From Candidatus Heimdallarchaeum aukensis (GTDB lineage Archaea > Asgardarchaeota > Heimdallarchaeia > Heimdallarchaeales > Heimdallarchaeaceae), in NCBI GenBank assembly GCA_021513695.1, contig CP084166.1, forward strand, positions 2,816,001 through 2,880,000: DNA of 64,000 nucleotides, in the 5' to 3' direction. Positions within the stretch are counted from its first letter, which is position 1, and each line of letters starts with the position of its first letter. Position numbers and translations under genes: made by a program. The notes under the pieces are model-generated. The model searched no databases and was not told where the DNA came from. It saw only the letters and a program-made list of their open reading frames with translations. This document shows positions 9,260 through 20,106 of this stretch, one piece after another.

Positions 9260-10702
9260 CTATCCTACAACAATGTTTTTTACTGCGAGCCAACCTCCAG
9301 AGACACCAACAGGTGCAGATTGACCATCTTTTCCACAAAAGCCTATACTATCTAATGGGTTCTCAAATTCTGGAGAAACGCCAATTATTTTGTTTAAAGT
9401 CTCTAAAGTATTCCCAGCTAAAGTGGTAGGACGATATCTTTTTCCTATTTCACCCTTTTCGATTTTATACAATTCTGCGACTCCAAAATTGAAAGTACCT
9501 TTTATAGGATCTACTTGTCCTCCTCCACCTTGCATAAGGAGAAAACCTTCTTTAGTTAATTCTAGTAACTCTTCAGGTTTCATTGGGTCTTTTGCTGGAG
9601 CAATATAAGTATTAGTCATTCTTACAATTTGAGGAACATTGTAAACCTCTGCTCTTGCATTGCCTGTAGGTTTGAGATCAAAATGCGCAGCTGTAGCTCT
9701 GTCAGTAAGGTATGTTTCAAGAATTCCGTTTCTTATGATGTAAGTTTTCTGACCAGGTACTCCCTCATCATCATATTTAATATAACCAAAGGTGTTGATA
9801 CCGTTAGACTTAATCATTGAACCATCATCTATAAGATTTACAACAGGATTAGCTATCCTTTTTCCTAGTTTGTTTCGAAAAACTCCAGCTACCTGAACAA
9901 AATCTCCTTCTGCTGAATGTCCTGCAGCTTCGTGGGCGAATAAGTGGTTAATTGTACCATCTAAAACTACAGGATATCTCCCAGATTTAACTTTAGGGGC
10001 TTTTAACCCCTCTATTGCTCTCTCCTTTGCTTGTTTTCCTGTTTCTTCTGGAGAACGAATATCAAATAATTCAAGTCCGCCTATATGTCCAATTCTACTT
10101 CTACCTTCAATTGTTTCTGTTCCTTCTCTAGCAACGCTTGTGCAGCCCATCATTACATAAGGAACTTGATATTCAATTCTCAATCCTTCAGTAGTAACAA
10201 GAATTTGGTCTCTCATGATTTCACGATACATGGTTTTACGAGATTTTATTCTCTCGTCTTCTTGAGCTTTATCTGCTTCAAGAGTCAATTTTATTTTTTC
10301 ATCAAAACCAAAGTCTTTAATCTTCTTTTTTTGTTCTCCGATAAATTTATCTTTAACGATCTTGATTTCAGCAAGTTTAATGTCTTCCTTCTTTTGTTTA
10401 ATGTTTAACTTGTTGGCTTGTAAAGCCATGGACACTACTTCTTCATACTTCTCAAAAGGACCATATGCAAAACCCCAAGCATTTTGGTTAAGAACTCTTA
10501 CTCCAATTCCTGATTCTATTCCAGTACTTGAAGTTTCAATTCTACCGTTGACAGCTTTTATTTCTGTCATAAGAGAACTTTCTGCTCGAATGTCTGCATA
10601 GGTTACTCCTTTTTCCTCTAAAATTTTTAAAACTTTAGAAATTGTTTCTTCTCGCATTGTAATCAGATGTAACTCAGAATATTCATTAATAAACATATTC
10701 AA
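9260..10702 (-). CDS. tldD: TldD-family zinc metalloprotease
   Basis: 480 aa. 'HEAAGHSAEGD' (HExxxH), 'GGGGQVDP' and a GxC motif near the C-terminus. The true start may be the internal Met (MREETISK...). Confidence 0.8.
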   Translation of the reverse strand: MNMFINEYSELHLITMREETISKVLKILEEKGVTYADIRAESSLMTEIKAVNGRIETSSTGIESGIGVRVLNQNAWGFAYGPFEKYEEVVSMALQANKLNIKQKKEDIKLAEIKIVKDKFIGEQKKKIKDFGFDEKIKLTLEADKAQEDERIKSRKTMYREIMRDQILVTTEGLRIEYQVPYVMMGCTSVAREGTETIEGRSRIGHIGGLELFDIRSPEETGKQAKERAIEGLKAPKVKSGRYPVVLDGTINHLFAHEAAGHSAEGDFVQVAGVFRNKLGKRIANPVVNLIDDGSMIKSNGINTFGYIKYDDEGVPGQKTYIIRNGILETYLTDRATAAHFDLKPTGNARAEVYNVPQIVRMTNTYIAPAKDPMKPEELLELTKEGFLLMQGGGGQVDPIKGTFNFGVAELYKIEKGEIGKRYRPTTLAGNTLETLNKIIGVSPEFENPLDSIGFCGKDGQSAPVGVSGGWLAVKNIVVG

Positions 10703-10762
10703 ACATTTTTGATATCATTGGAAAGATTAATCTACTAGGTATTTTATTTAATCACGAATAAA

Positions 10763-11479
10763 ATGAGCCAAAATCAACATATTGATATTGTAAAAAATTA
10801 CAACAACGTGTTATCTAATATCGAAAAAAGCGCAAAGAAAGCAGGCCGAGACCCTTCTGAGATTACATTAGTTGGAGTCACAAAGAGAATAGAGATTGAA
10901 AGAATTATTCCAGTTTTAAAAGAAGGATTAAAAATAATTGGAGAGATAGTTGGAAAAGAACTAAAACAGAAAATTGATGTGTTAAAACAAAATAATGCTA
11001 CTATTCATGTTATTGGAAAATTACAATCAAATAAAGTTAAGTTCGCTGTAGAAAAATGTGATCTTGTTCAATCCGTTCATAATGAAAAAATACTTTCCTT
11101 AATTAATAAAAGAGCTAAAATGAATAAGAAAGTTTTTCCAATATTTTTACAGATCGATTTTAGTAATCTTGAAGTTAGGAAAGGGTTAAACCTCGAAGAA
11201 ACAAAAAAAATTATTCGTTTAATTAATACTAAATACAATAATGTAGAAATACAAGGTTTTATGACTATTGCTCCTTTGCAGTACATGGAAAATAAAAAGA
11301 TACTAGCGAAATTCTTCCAAAAAACAAGAGAATATGTTGATAACGAATTAGCTCCAATGATAGAATATGATAACTTACAACTCTCAATGGGTATGACAGA
11401 TGCATACCAACTCGCAATTGAAAATGGCTCAACAATGGTTAGAGTTGGAACAGCGATATTTGGGCCTCGGAATAAGTAA
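10763..11479 (+). CDS. YggS/PLPHP-family pyridoxal-phosphate homeostasis protein (alanine-racemase N-terminal-domain fold)
   Basis: 238 aa. 'LVGVTK' (PLP Lys) near the N-terminus and C-terminal 'SMGMTDAYQLAIENGSTMVRVGTAIFG' characteristic of UPF0001/YggS. Confidence 0.8.
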   Translation: MSQNQHIDIVKNYNNVLSNIEKSAKKAGRDPSEITLVGVTKRIEIERIIPVLKEGLKIIGEIVGKELKQKIDVLKQNNATIHVIGKLQSNKVKFAVEKCDLVQSVHNEKILSLINKRAKMNKKVFPIFLQIDFSNLEVRKGLNLEETKKIIRLINTKYNNVEIQGFMTIAPLQYMENKKILAKFFQKTREYVDNELAPMIEYDNLQLSMGMTDAYQLAIENGSTMVRVGTAIFGPRNK

Positions 11480-11559
11480 TTGCTGATTTATGTTTAAGAG
11501 TATTATTTTTATAACAGTAATTCATTATCTTTTAATAGTAGTTAAAGTAGGTTTAATCA

Positions 11560-12774
11560 ATGGCAATCTGGAGATTAATAAAAAATTCCATAAGATTCGC
11601 TTTCAGAGCAAAAAAAAGATGGGTAACTTTTGTTATTATATTTGCTCTCTTGTCAGCTTTTGTAACACTTTTTGTAAGTACTTTCAATGGTTATACAACA
11701 GAAAAATTAATGTCTCAGAAAGGGTTTTATATTAAAGCTGCAGGAACAAGTGAAAACACAGGTACAGTAACTGAGCAACAAGGAATTAACTTCCGCAATG
11801 ACATAATTGCTCTTCCTCAAGTAGAAAAAGTAACTCTATTTCGTTATTTTGATTTAGGGGATTCAATACGTATTTTCAGTGTTGAACCTGATTCACGATG
11901 GATGTTTTTAGAAGCAAAACCTTCAAAGATTGTGGATGGTAAATATATTACAAAAAATAATGAAGCTTTAGTTTCTCTTGACGCGTCAATTACTGCAGAT
12001 ATTGGAAATTTATCAGCATCATTGACTGCAACATTACATAGAGGAGAGGTGTTAAGTTTCAAAAAGGATAACAATGAACTTGATATAGCTATTGTTGGAG
12101 AAATAGAAGATACAATAAACGCTCCAGGAAAATTTAAGTTATTTGTATCGGATACAACTTTTGATCAAATCCAAGAGTATTATAGTGACAATTCTCCAGT
12201 ATTTTGCTATAGTATCGCTATTTTAGTTAAAGGGGACTTGTTTAAACCATTCAATCATGATATAAAGAATAATATTGAAGCTCTTTCTCCCCAAACAAGT
12301 ATAATATGGATTAATCCTGATGACCCTGTAGAAACAAGTCAATATGGTGTGTGGGGAGAACCCATTGTTCCAGATGCTAGAGCATCAGAAAAGCAAAGGT
12401 TAACTGACTTTTTATATTTCTTTGTAGGCATTCTAGGGGGTATGGTTCTTGTTCTTCTGTATAATGCCTTAATTGTATGGTTTAGAAAAAGAGAGATAGC
12501 TGTTTTACGTGCAATGGGCTATAAGAAAAGAGAAATAAGAATAAACTTGCTAGGTGAAAGCTTAACGATAAGTTTGTTAGGTTTCATAATTGGTCTTTCA
12601 GCTATGTTAATTTATTTCTGGACACAAGGATTCACTTTTACAAATCAAGTAATCACACCACTGACATTATTGATGTCATTTGGTATTGTAGTAGGGTTGT
12701 CAATTCCAGGATTATTAATTGCAAGTGTATCTTTTACAAGAGTTAATCCGATTCTATTGTTTAAAGCAAGGTGA
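11560..12774 (+). CDS. ABC transporter permease, MacB/FtsX-like (N-terminal TM, large extracytoplasmic domain, C-terminal FtsX 3-TM module)
   Basis: 404 aa. 'AVLRAMGYKKREIRINLLGESL' is the FtsX-domain signature. One TM at residues ~20-40 and three at the C-terminus. Confidence 0.75.
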   Translation: MAIWRLIKNSIRFAFRAKKRWVTFVIIFALLSAFVTLFVSTFNGYTTEKLMSQKGFYIKAAGTSENTGTVTEQQGINFRNDIIALPQVEKVTLFRYFDLGDSIRIFSVEPDSRWMFLEAKPSKIVDGKYITKNNEALVSLDASITADIGNLSASLTATLHRGEVLSFKKDNNELDIAIVGEIEDTINAPGKFKLFVSDTTFDQIQEYYSDNSPVFCYSIAILVKGDLFKPFNHDIKNNIEALSPQTSIIWINPDDPVETSQYGVWGEPIVPDARASEKQRLTDFLYFFVGILGGMVLVLLYNALIVWFRKREIAVLRAMGYKKREIRINLLGESLTISLLGFIIGLSAMLIYFWTQGFTFTNQVITPLTLLMSFGIVVGLSIPGLLIASVSFTRVNPILLFKAR

Positions 12775-13526
12775 AAAAAGTGAGTAGTAATGCAATATTA
12801 AGGTGTGAAAAGGTAACAAAAATTTACCGCAGAGGGCGTTCAGAATCAGTTCATGCTTTGAAAGATATAGATCTCGAAATTCGTCCTGGAGAAATAATAA
12901 TGATCGCTGGTCCTTCTGGTTCAGGAAAAACAACATTACTGAATGTTCTTTCTGGTCTAGATAAACCAACAAAAGGAAAAATATTGTTTAACGTTGCTAA
13001 GGCAAGTGAAAAATTCAAGGTAAAGGGACTAGATGAAGAAACAATCAAAAAACAAAAGTTTATAGATATTACCCAATGGGATGAAAAACAATTAACAGAG
13101 TACAGAAGATATAATGTTGGGTTCATTTTTCAAGCTTGGGAATTGATACCTACATTAAAAGCTATAGAAAATGTTGAATCAAGCCTCTATCCTTTAGATA
13201 TTCCTATAGGAGAAATCAGAGATAGAGCAAAGAAACTGTTTCGAAAAGTGCAACTATTTGACAAAGAAAATGCTTTTCCAGATCAACTTAGTGGAGGAGA
13301 GCAACAAAGAGTAGCGATATGTAGAGCATTAATTAAAGAGCCAAAAATAGTATTTGCAGATGAACCTACTGGAAACCTAGATAGTGAGACTGGAGAGCAA
13401 ATCTTAAGACAAATGAAGTTAATTAGTAGAGAAGGAGCTGCAGTAGTACTCTCTACTCACAATCTAGAATTAAGAAAGTTTGCTGATAGAGTTATTCGAC
13501 TACATGATGGTCAAATAACTTATTAA
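12771..13526 (+). CDS. ABC transporter ATP-binding protein (MacB/LolD-type)
   Basis: Walker A 'GPSGSGKTT', signature '[15 protein letters not shown]', Walker B '[12 protein letters not shown]'. It overlaps the permease stop by 4 bp. Confidence 0.9.
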   Translation: MKKVSSNAILRCEKVTKIYRRGRSESVHALKDIDLEIRPGEIIMIAGPSGSGKTTLLNVLSGLDKPTKGKILFNVAKASEKFKVKGLDEETIKKQKFIDITQWDEKQLTEYRRYNVGFIFQAWELIPTLKAIENVESSLYPLDIPIGEIRDRAKKLFRKVQLFDKENAFPDQLSGGEQQRVAICRALIKEPKIVFADEPTGNLDSETGEQILRQMKLISREGAAVVLSTHNLELRKFADRVIRLHDGQITY

Positions 13527-13533
13527 ATTATAA

Positions 13534-15171
13534 ATGGAAGTGAAAAAGATGAGTAATATATTTTTAAAACTAATCAGCAGTGATTTTGCTGGAGAGGAAA
13601 GAGAAAAAGTAGAATATTCTGCAATAGTTGGATTTGCTTTAGACCACTTCAATAAGGGAGAACAGTTAGAAGGTATCTACATGTGTTACCTCCCCTTTTT
13701 TGGAATAAGGGTAAATGAATCAAACTTTGCAATTATTAATGCATTGGATAAAGGAAAGAATCAGCTATCAGTAAATAAAATTCCTGATTCTTCCGACATA
13801 AAGAAAATATTAAGTTCAGATATTTCGATACAAGAAAAATATAAGCAAATTGAATCTAAGCTTCTAAGAAAGAATGTAGAAACAATAGAAGTAAATGGAA
13901 TTCTGAATAGAGATGGAATACAAGGATTAGCTAAACTTTTACCACAACATACAGGAACAGCTGATAATAATTACAAGAAATTAAGTCCTATAATCTCTAG
14001 AGAGGAAGTAACTAACCAGATTCGTAAACTTCAAAATTATATTTTATCCGATATTGAAGTGGAAGAAAGAATAAATGCATTCTTAGAAGATCTTGAGATA
14101 GCAATAACTAAAGAAATCGAGAAGTTAAAGAAAGAGAGAGTAAACACAGAGAAAAAGTATGATGAAAAAATAGCTAAAAAGAAAGCAGAAATTCAACAAA
14201 AACTCAAAGAGATGGAGGTAGAAGAAAAAGCAGAACATGCTAAAATAGATAAAGAAGTAGCAAAAAATCAAGCTAATGTAATAAAAAGTTTACAATCTGA
14301 CACTAGATGGAAGCAATATGAGAATGATATCAAAACTCTAGCATCAAATTATACCAAATTTTTAGCAAAAATTAATGCTGCTAAAGATGAAACTGACTTA
14401 GAACAACTAGTGAGAGAGATAGATAATCTTCAACAAGATGTTCAATCAATAGGTGTAGGTTTAAATTCTGCTTTATCTGAAGTGAAAAACAGACATCTTG
14501 AATACGGAGATTATGAGCAACAAGGAGCAGTAGATAAGAGAAATATTTCAGAAAGACTAGAATCTTTAAGAGAAGAAGAAAGAACAGCATATAATTCAAT
14601 TGAAAATGAAAAAGAAACAGCTTTACAAGATATCGATAGAGAGATTAATGATGCCAAATCCATACTTAAAGACCTAAAAAACAAAAAGAAAGATCTTAAA
14701 AAACAAATTATGCAAAATTATGAAATGCGGGGAACTGATTTTACCTTAAACGCAGATGTATTAGGAGTAGAATCTTCAGTTAATAGTATGAATATATATG
14801 TTCCCCTAGCTATTGCTCGATATAAATACAAGAATAAACTAGGGCACATAGTTATTCCTCCATTTGAAATAGCAAACAATATGAGTAAACCAAAGAAATT
14901 AGCTCTCGTAGGAATAAATGGTAATATAGGGTTTGATTGTATAGGTATTTCCTTACTTTCAAAGGTAAAAAGAAACTTAGAATACTTACTAGATGAAAAC
15001 CAAAATTTGCAAAATGAAATAATAGGAAACAACAATGAAGTAATAGAGACTGGAGACCTGAATAAAATTAATGATGGTGTAGAACTTTTAGAACAGAAAA
15101 AGAAATGGAAAGACAAACATTCTGATAAAATTATACTTCAATATAGAAAAGTTAGAAGCTCAAGGGCCTAA
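13534..15171 (+). CDS. Hypothetical coiled-coil protein, third gene of the ABC operon
   Basis: 545 aa with no TM. A long E/K-rich heptad region (residues ~150-400) is flanked by globular N- and C-terminal segments. It starts 8 bp after the ATPase stop. Confidence 0.5.
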   Translation: MEVKKMSNIFLKLISSDFAGEEREKVEYSAIVGFALDHFNKGEQLEGIYMCYLPFFGIRVNESNFAIINALDKGKNQLSVNKIPDSSDIKKILSSDISIQEKYKQIESKLLRKNVETIEVNGILNRDGIQGLAKLLPQHTGTADNNYKKLSPIISREEVTNQIRKLQNYILSDIEVEERINAFLEDLEIAITKEIEKLKKERVNTEKKYDEKIAKKKAEIQQKLKEMEVEEKAEHAKIDKEVAKNQANVIKSLQSDTRWKQYENDIKTLASNYTKFLAKINAAKDETDLEQLVREIDNLQQDVQSIGVGLNSALSEVKNRHLEYGDYEQQGAVDKRNISERLESLREEERTAYNSIENEKETALQDIDREINDAKSILKDLKNKKKDLKKQIMQNYEMRGTDFTLNADVLGVESSVNSMNIYVPLAIARYKYKNKLGHIVIPPFEIANNMSKPKKLALVGINGNIGFDCIGISLLSKVKRNLEYLLDENQNLQNEIIGNNNEVIETGDLNKINDGVELLEQKKKWKDKHSDKIILQYRKVRSSRA

Positions 15172-15334
15172 TTTTTTTACTTTTTACATTACAATGAAAA
15201 GTTCTTTTTAATTCTTTTTTTAAAAATAGATTATAATTTAATCCAGAATACTCTTATATCTTAATTTTCTATTTTTTCCCATAAGCTCCAAAACAAAGGT
15301 TCAAAAACCTAGTAAGAAGCGTTAATCCTAGAGG

Positions 15335-16255
15335 ATGAAATTTACAAAATTTATTTTTAGTACTCTTAATCTCTCTAGAGAATATTTAGAATCAATTTTT
15401 TCATTAGCAAGCAAAATAGAACAAAACCCTGAAAATTACTTAAACAAGTGCAATGGTAAAATATTGGCAATTCTTTTTTTTGAGCCTAGTACAAGAACAA
15501 TGTTATCTTTTGAAAGTGCAATGTTAAGATTAGGAGGGTCAATATTAGGTTTTGCAAGTGGTAAAACAAGTAGTTCAGCAAAAGGAGAAACAATAGCTGA
15601 TACGCTAAGGATGATTAACGGCTATGCTGATATTGCAGTTATAAGACATTACTTGGAAGGAGTTGGAGAAATAGCTAAAAAATATTCGTCAATACCTGTT
15701 ATCTCAGGAGGAACAGGAACACAAGCTCATCCTACACAAGCAATGTTAGATCTTTATACTATAAAAAAAGCATTTGGTAAAATTGATGGACTTAAAATCG
15801 CTTTAATGGGTGACCTAAAATATGGAAGAACAATTCCTTCTCTTCTATATGGTTTAGCAAAATATGATGATGTTACTCTGTATTTGATATCTCCTAAAGA
15901 GTTAAAGATACGAAGTCATGTAAGACAAAGGTTGAATGGCTTTAATCTAAAATTTTATGAAATAGATGATATCTCTCAAATAATTGATGAATTAGATGTG
16001 TTATATGTTACCAGAATCCAAAAAGAAAGATTTCCAGATCAGCTGGACTATGAAAGGCTAAAGAGTTCATACAAAATATCTCCTGAAACGCTAAACAATG
16101 TAAAGGACTCTTTTATTTTGCTACACCCTCTTCCTCGAGTTGATGAGATAACTCCTGAAGTGGATAGCTTACCTTGTGCAAAATATTTTGAACAGGCAAA
16201 AAATGGAGTATTTGTAAGAATGGCATTAATCCTTAATTTGCTCGGAGTTGAATGA
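15335..16255 (+). CDS. pyrB: Aspartate carbamoyltransferase catalytic subunit
   Basis: 'STRTMLSFESA' (carbamoyl-P site), 'HPTQAMLD', 'HPLPR'. 306 aa. Confidence 0.9.
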   Translation: MKFTKFIFSTLNLSREYLESIFSLASKIEQNPENYLNKCNGKILAILFFEPSTRTMLSFESAMLRLGGSILGFASGKTSSSAKGETIADTLRMINGYADIAVIRHYLEGVGEIAKKYSSIPVISGGTGTQAHPTQAMLDLYTIKKAFGKIDGLKIALMGDLKYGRTIPSLLYGLAKYDDVTLYLISPKELKIRSHVRQRLNGFNLKFYEIDDISQIIDELDVLYVTRIQKERFPDQLDYERLKSSYKISPETLNNVKDSFILLHPLPRVDEITPEVDSLPCAKYFEQAKNGVFVRMALILNLLGVE

Positions 16256-16730
16256 AATGGAAACAGTAGAAGAAAAAAAACTAATTGTAACAAAAATAAA
16301 AGAAGGAACAGTTATAGATCGAATTCCTCCAGGAAAAGCTCTAAAAGTTTTACATGTTCTTGGTATTAATGATAATTATCCTTATACAGTTGCTTTGGCG
16401 ATGAGGGTTAAATCAAAAAAGATGCAATTAAAAGATATAGTAAAAATTAAGGGTAAAATGTTAACTTCCGAAGAAAGCCAAAAATTGTCTCTCATAGCAC
16501 CAAACGCAGTTGTAAACATCATTAATGATTACAAAGTAGAAAAGAAGATAGTACTTGAAATTCCCGAGCAAGTTAGTGAAATAATAAAATGTTTAAACCC
16601 AAACTGCGTTACCAATAATAGAGAACCTGTTTTTCCTAGTTTTTCTGTTATATCTAAAGAACCCTTAATTCTTCAATGTAAATATTGTGACCGATTACTT
16701 GAGGGACAGAACCTTTCTGAACAACTATAG
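16248..16730 (+). CDS. pyrI: Aspartate carbamoyltransferase regulatory subunit
   Basis: 160 aa. C-terminal Zn domain 'CLNPNC...CKYCDR'. It overlaps the pyrB stop, as in archaeal pyrBI operons. Confidence 0.85.
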   Translation: MNEMETVEEKKLIVTKIKEGTVIDRIPPGKALKVLHVLGINDNYPYTVALAMRVKSKKMQLKDIVKIKGKMLTSEESQKLSLIAPNAVVNIINDYKVEKKIVLEIPEQVSEIIKCLNPNCVTNNREPVFPSFSVISKEPLILQCKYCDRLLEGQNLSEQL

Positions 16731-16823
16731 TAAAAGAAAAGAAAAAGAAGATCTAAAACAATATAGAGCAGAAAAAAAGAAAAAATTTTTCTCTTTTTTA
16801 TTACACTACACCTTAAACTTGTC

Positions 16824-19800
16824 TTATTTCTCTTCAGCGGAAATAGATGGATAGTCAGATAATCTAAATATTGCTTCCTTCATAGTTTCTATTAGATCAA
16901 TTACTTTTTTGTCTCCTTGTTCAAGTAAATAGTTTGTTGCTGCTTTAATTCCATCAATTAAAGGTTCTGTCATCTCATCAAACTTATACCTTGCTACGAA
17001 ACGAATTATATCGCTTATAACTACTAACCTATCTAAATGTTTTGTCATCTTTTTAAAGTATTCAGGTTCAATGTAACACTTGACTATCCAGTCTTTTCCT
17101 CCTGATATGACTGAGATATTGTCAAATCTATAAAGTGCAGTTACTTCACTCTTAGTTGAAAAAATTTCTTTAGGAATGGTTCCAAGGTCAATATAGAAGC
17201 CTTTTCTATCTGTTGACAGTTCTAAATCTCGATTTACAAACGAATCATGAATTAAACGGATATAATTGTTGATCAGTTTAATTAGAGTGTTTCCTAGAGA
17301 GCGCATATTAATATATAGATTTGTTTCAAACTCCTTTCTGGTTTTACTTTTTGTCCAGGCTCTTTTAACAGTAAGCATAGCGCTTTTAGCATCTTGTATC
17401 ATTTGATTATAAGAATCATCTATAACATAGTCTGGAATTCTACGATAAAGTAAAATGGAGAGAGCAATCTCTAAGAAGTTTTTAGGTAGCTCTTCTAATT
17501 CTCTTTCTCTTACTTCTTTAATTATTGCATCGATTTTTGTTTTACATTCTTCAACACTAGGGGTGAATTGATTGGGTTGGAGTTTTTTATAATGAAAAGC
17601 GTCATCAATCCAGTTTTCGTAATTCTTCCTAATGTAATCCAAGTGAGTATCAATTGTTCCTATTTTAGATTTTACCCAGTGTTGAATATCTGAAAATATT
17701 TTCTTATTTACAGGTTCCCAAGATTTAATCAACTTTCCTCTTATCTTTTTAAGTTCTTTTTCTGCAGAAGTGTAAAGCTTTTTAGCTTTTTCGTTATAAT
17801 GAATATCATTACTTCTTAATTGTGCAAAGGAAGAAAGCAGATCCTGCAATACTTTTTGAACTCTGCTTGAATTTTTATTCCAAATATCATAACAATTGAT
17901 ATGATAATTTTTACTTGCAAAATTTTCAGGTACATTCTTAAACTCTGGAAAAGATGGAAAAGATTCTTTTATCTCTGGTAGTAAATTGGCATTTCTTAAT
18001 TTTGATACTCTCTCTTTTTGGAATAAAGTAATAAGATTATCTAATTTAGCCACTATATCAGATTCAAATTTGAATATCTTCTCTGGATAGCTACTCATCA
18101 TTTTTCTGATGATTGAATTCTTATAACTTGAATTGAGAATCTTGTGATCAATTAAACAAGCAGTAAGTATCTCTGGGTTGGATTCAGCTTGAGAAAGAGA
18201 GAAAACGCTATTATCATATCTAACTGTTAAACCTGGTTTTAGCAACAATTCATAAACAGAAATAGCTCTCTTATCAAATTTTAATTGTATTTTACCAAAA
18301 AAACTTTTTTTGTAAACTACAGGTACAGACTTGATATATGCTTTTAGAAATCCCGTGTTTATAGCTCCACCTATTAAATCTCTTGCTGTTAGACTTAGTT
18401 GTTTACCTATTTCAAGTTCTCTCTTACGAATATCTTGAATATAGTTGGATATAATTGTTGAAAAAATGTATAATGGGATAATCTTCTTGAAAGAATTGAT
18501 GATATATAAATAGATATTACCAAGAGAAAAATTGAAGAACTGATCCTGAACAATTTTGACCAAAGTTGAGATAATTGCTCTCTCTAATGCTTTAGCAAAA
18601 ATAACAGATTCTTCAATATTTGATATTTGTAACCTTTCTCCCACACCAGCATTTTCTATAATTGAGGTAAGCTCTTTCAGGAGATTTTTGCCTACATTTG
18701 TAAGCTTTTGAATTTTGCCTATAATAAATTCTTTCTTAAGATTAAGCGTTGAACCTCCTTTCTTTGACTTCTTTACAGTTTTGATATTTTCTTCAGTAAT
18801 AATAGCAAAAGTAAAATCATTTATGACACTCCATACACTTGGAGGAAGTTCTCTCTCTTTGAATGAACCTATTAATTGACTAAAGAAAAGTCTCGCTCCT
18901 TGAAGAATCAAAGGTTCAGCATCTTCTGTTAATGCATCACAAATTATGTCTCCTTGATTGATAGGGCTTATCTTCTCTTTAATCGTTTTTTGTAATTTTT
19001 GGTATATTTTAACATCTCTAAAATCTATCAAACCCATTAATGGTTTCTTTTTTGCTATGCTTAGAATAATTTCTTTACTTAACTCATCAGCAATAAAAGT
19101 TTCTGCAGAATGGATAGCAGAAATTGAAAGTTTGGAGTAAATTGAATTTATTTTCTTGTCCAATTTTTTACCTAAATACTCATCAATTAGATCCTCTGCT
19201 TTTGGAGAATGCTTTTTTAGATAATTCTCTATTCTAGAAGAGATTTCATCTACTGCATATCTAGGATTTTTATATTGTAAGATTGCAAAAGGATTCTCAA
19301 GAGAAATAATATTTAATATGTCTTGAGAAAGCATTTGAATAATAAGTTGACGTTTAAATGAATTAATCGTTCCTTTATCCCATGACTGTTCTTCTTCTTT
19401 TAACCATGCTTCTAAGTTTTTCATTTGAAGAAGAGTAGGGTAAATATCAGGTTGTGTAGCTGCTTTTTCTATGTGGTCATTAATCAAGTTGATGAAAACT
19501 GAGCTATTTTCTTTTATGCTGATTTTTTGCCTTGCAATTGTGCAAGCATTAAGAAATGATTTGGATACATAGTCTGGGGAAACAGTTCTTCCCGATTCTA
19601 CATTATCATAAAAATTAGGTGTAAGTGTGATAAATTTACCAAATGATAATGCTAACTCCTGTACTAAACTTTCATCCTCAATAGAAATTGTATTAGCTGT
19701 TTCTGATCGAACAATATATTGAACAACGATATTTGTTTCTTCGCTAGGCATGGTAAAACTACCAAAGCGAACAAATTCGTTCTGACCAGTCATAAATTGT

Positions 19801-19970
19801 GAATCACTGACATTAACTTCTGTAGTCATTAGACTTTGCAAAGATAATAATATTCCTTGCATCATGCTTGAATCTTTAGGCAAATGACCTACTGAAGCAA
19901 AGCTTATTCCCGCATCACTACCAACAGAAATCCATAAATCATAGGGATACTCTTTACTCATATTTCTCAC
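16824..19970 (-). CDS. Large orphan protein (1048 aa), no recognisable catalytic motif. It has an N-terminal ~140-aa alpha/beta region followed by a long helical body
   Basis: A long uninterrupted ORF in otherwise well-conserved gene context. Its codon usage is similar to neighbouring genes. No Walker, HxH, or Cys-cluster motifs. Confidence 0.55.
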   Translation of the reverse strand: MRNMSKEYPYDLWISVGSDAGISFASVGHLPKDSSMMQGILLSLQSLMTTEVNVSDSQFMTGQNEFVRFGSFTMPSEETNIVVQYIVRSETANTISIEDESLVQELALSFGKFITLTPNFYDNVESGRTVSPDYVSKSFLNACTIARQKISIKENSSVFINLINDHIEKAATQPDIYPTLLQMKNLEAWLKEEEQSWDKGTINSFKRQLIIQMLSQDILNIISLENPFAILQYKNPRYAVDEISSRIENYLKKHSPKAEDLIDEYLGKKLDKKINSIYSKLSISAIHSAETFIADELSKEIILSIAKKKPLMGLIDFRDVKIYQKLQKTIKEKISPINQGDIICDALTEDAEPLILQGARLFFSQLIGSFKERELPPSVWSVINDFTFAIITEENIKTVKKSKKGGSTLNLKKEFIIGKIQKLTNVGKNLLKELTSIIENAGVGERLQISNIEESVIFAKALERAIISTLVKIVQDQFFNFSLGNIYLYIINSFKKIIPLYIFSTIISNYIQDIRKRELEIGKQLSLTARDLIGGAINTGFLKAYIKSVPVVYKKSFFGKIQLKFDKRAISVYELLLKPGLTVRYDNSVFSLSQAESNPEILTACLIDHKILNSSYKNSIIRKMMSSYPEKIFKFESDIVAKLDNLITLFQKERVSKLRNANLLPEIKESFPSFPEFKNVPENFASKNYHINCYDIWNKNSSRVQKVLQDLLSSFAQLRSNDIHYNEKAKKLYTSAEKELKKIRGKLIKSWEPVNKKIFSDIQHWVKSKIGTIDTHLDYIRKNYENWIDDAFHYKKLQPNQFTPSVEECKTKIDAIIKEVRERELEELPKNFLEIALSILLYRRIPDYVIDDSYNQMIQDAKSAMLTVKRAWTKSKTRKEFETNLYINMRSLGNTLIKLINNYIRLIHDSFVNRDLELSTDRKGFYIDLGTIPKEIFSTKSEVTALYRFDNISVISGGKDWIVKCYIEPEYFKKMTKHLDRLVVISDIIRFVARYKFDEMTEPLIDGIKAATNYLLEQGDKKVIDLIETMKEAIFRLSDYPSISAEEK

Positions 19971-20088
19971 ATAACCTTAATGTTCCCCAGACACTAGATC
20001 TAATATATAAAGCGTGTCTTATATTCTTTTCGAGTGAAATTACTCCGAGAACTAGTTTGTTTACATCATTTTTAAATGATTTTTTAGA

Positions 20089-20106
20089 TTCTGAATATAT
20101 TCAGAA
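20089..20106. promoter_or_regulatory. Perfect 18-bp palindrome ttctgaatatattcagaa, upstream of the 1048-aa gene and downstream of udp
   Basis: Exact inverted repeat (9+9) read directly from the sequence. It sits ~120 bp upstream of the start at 19970. Confidence 0.25.
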
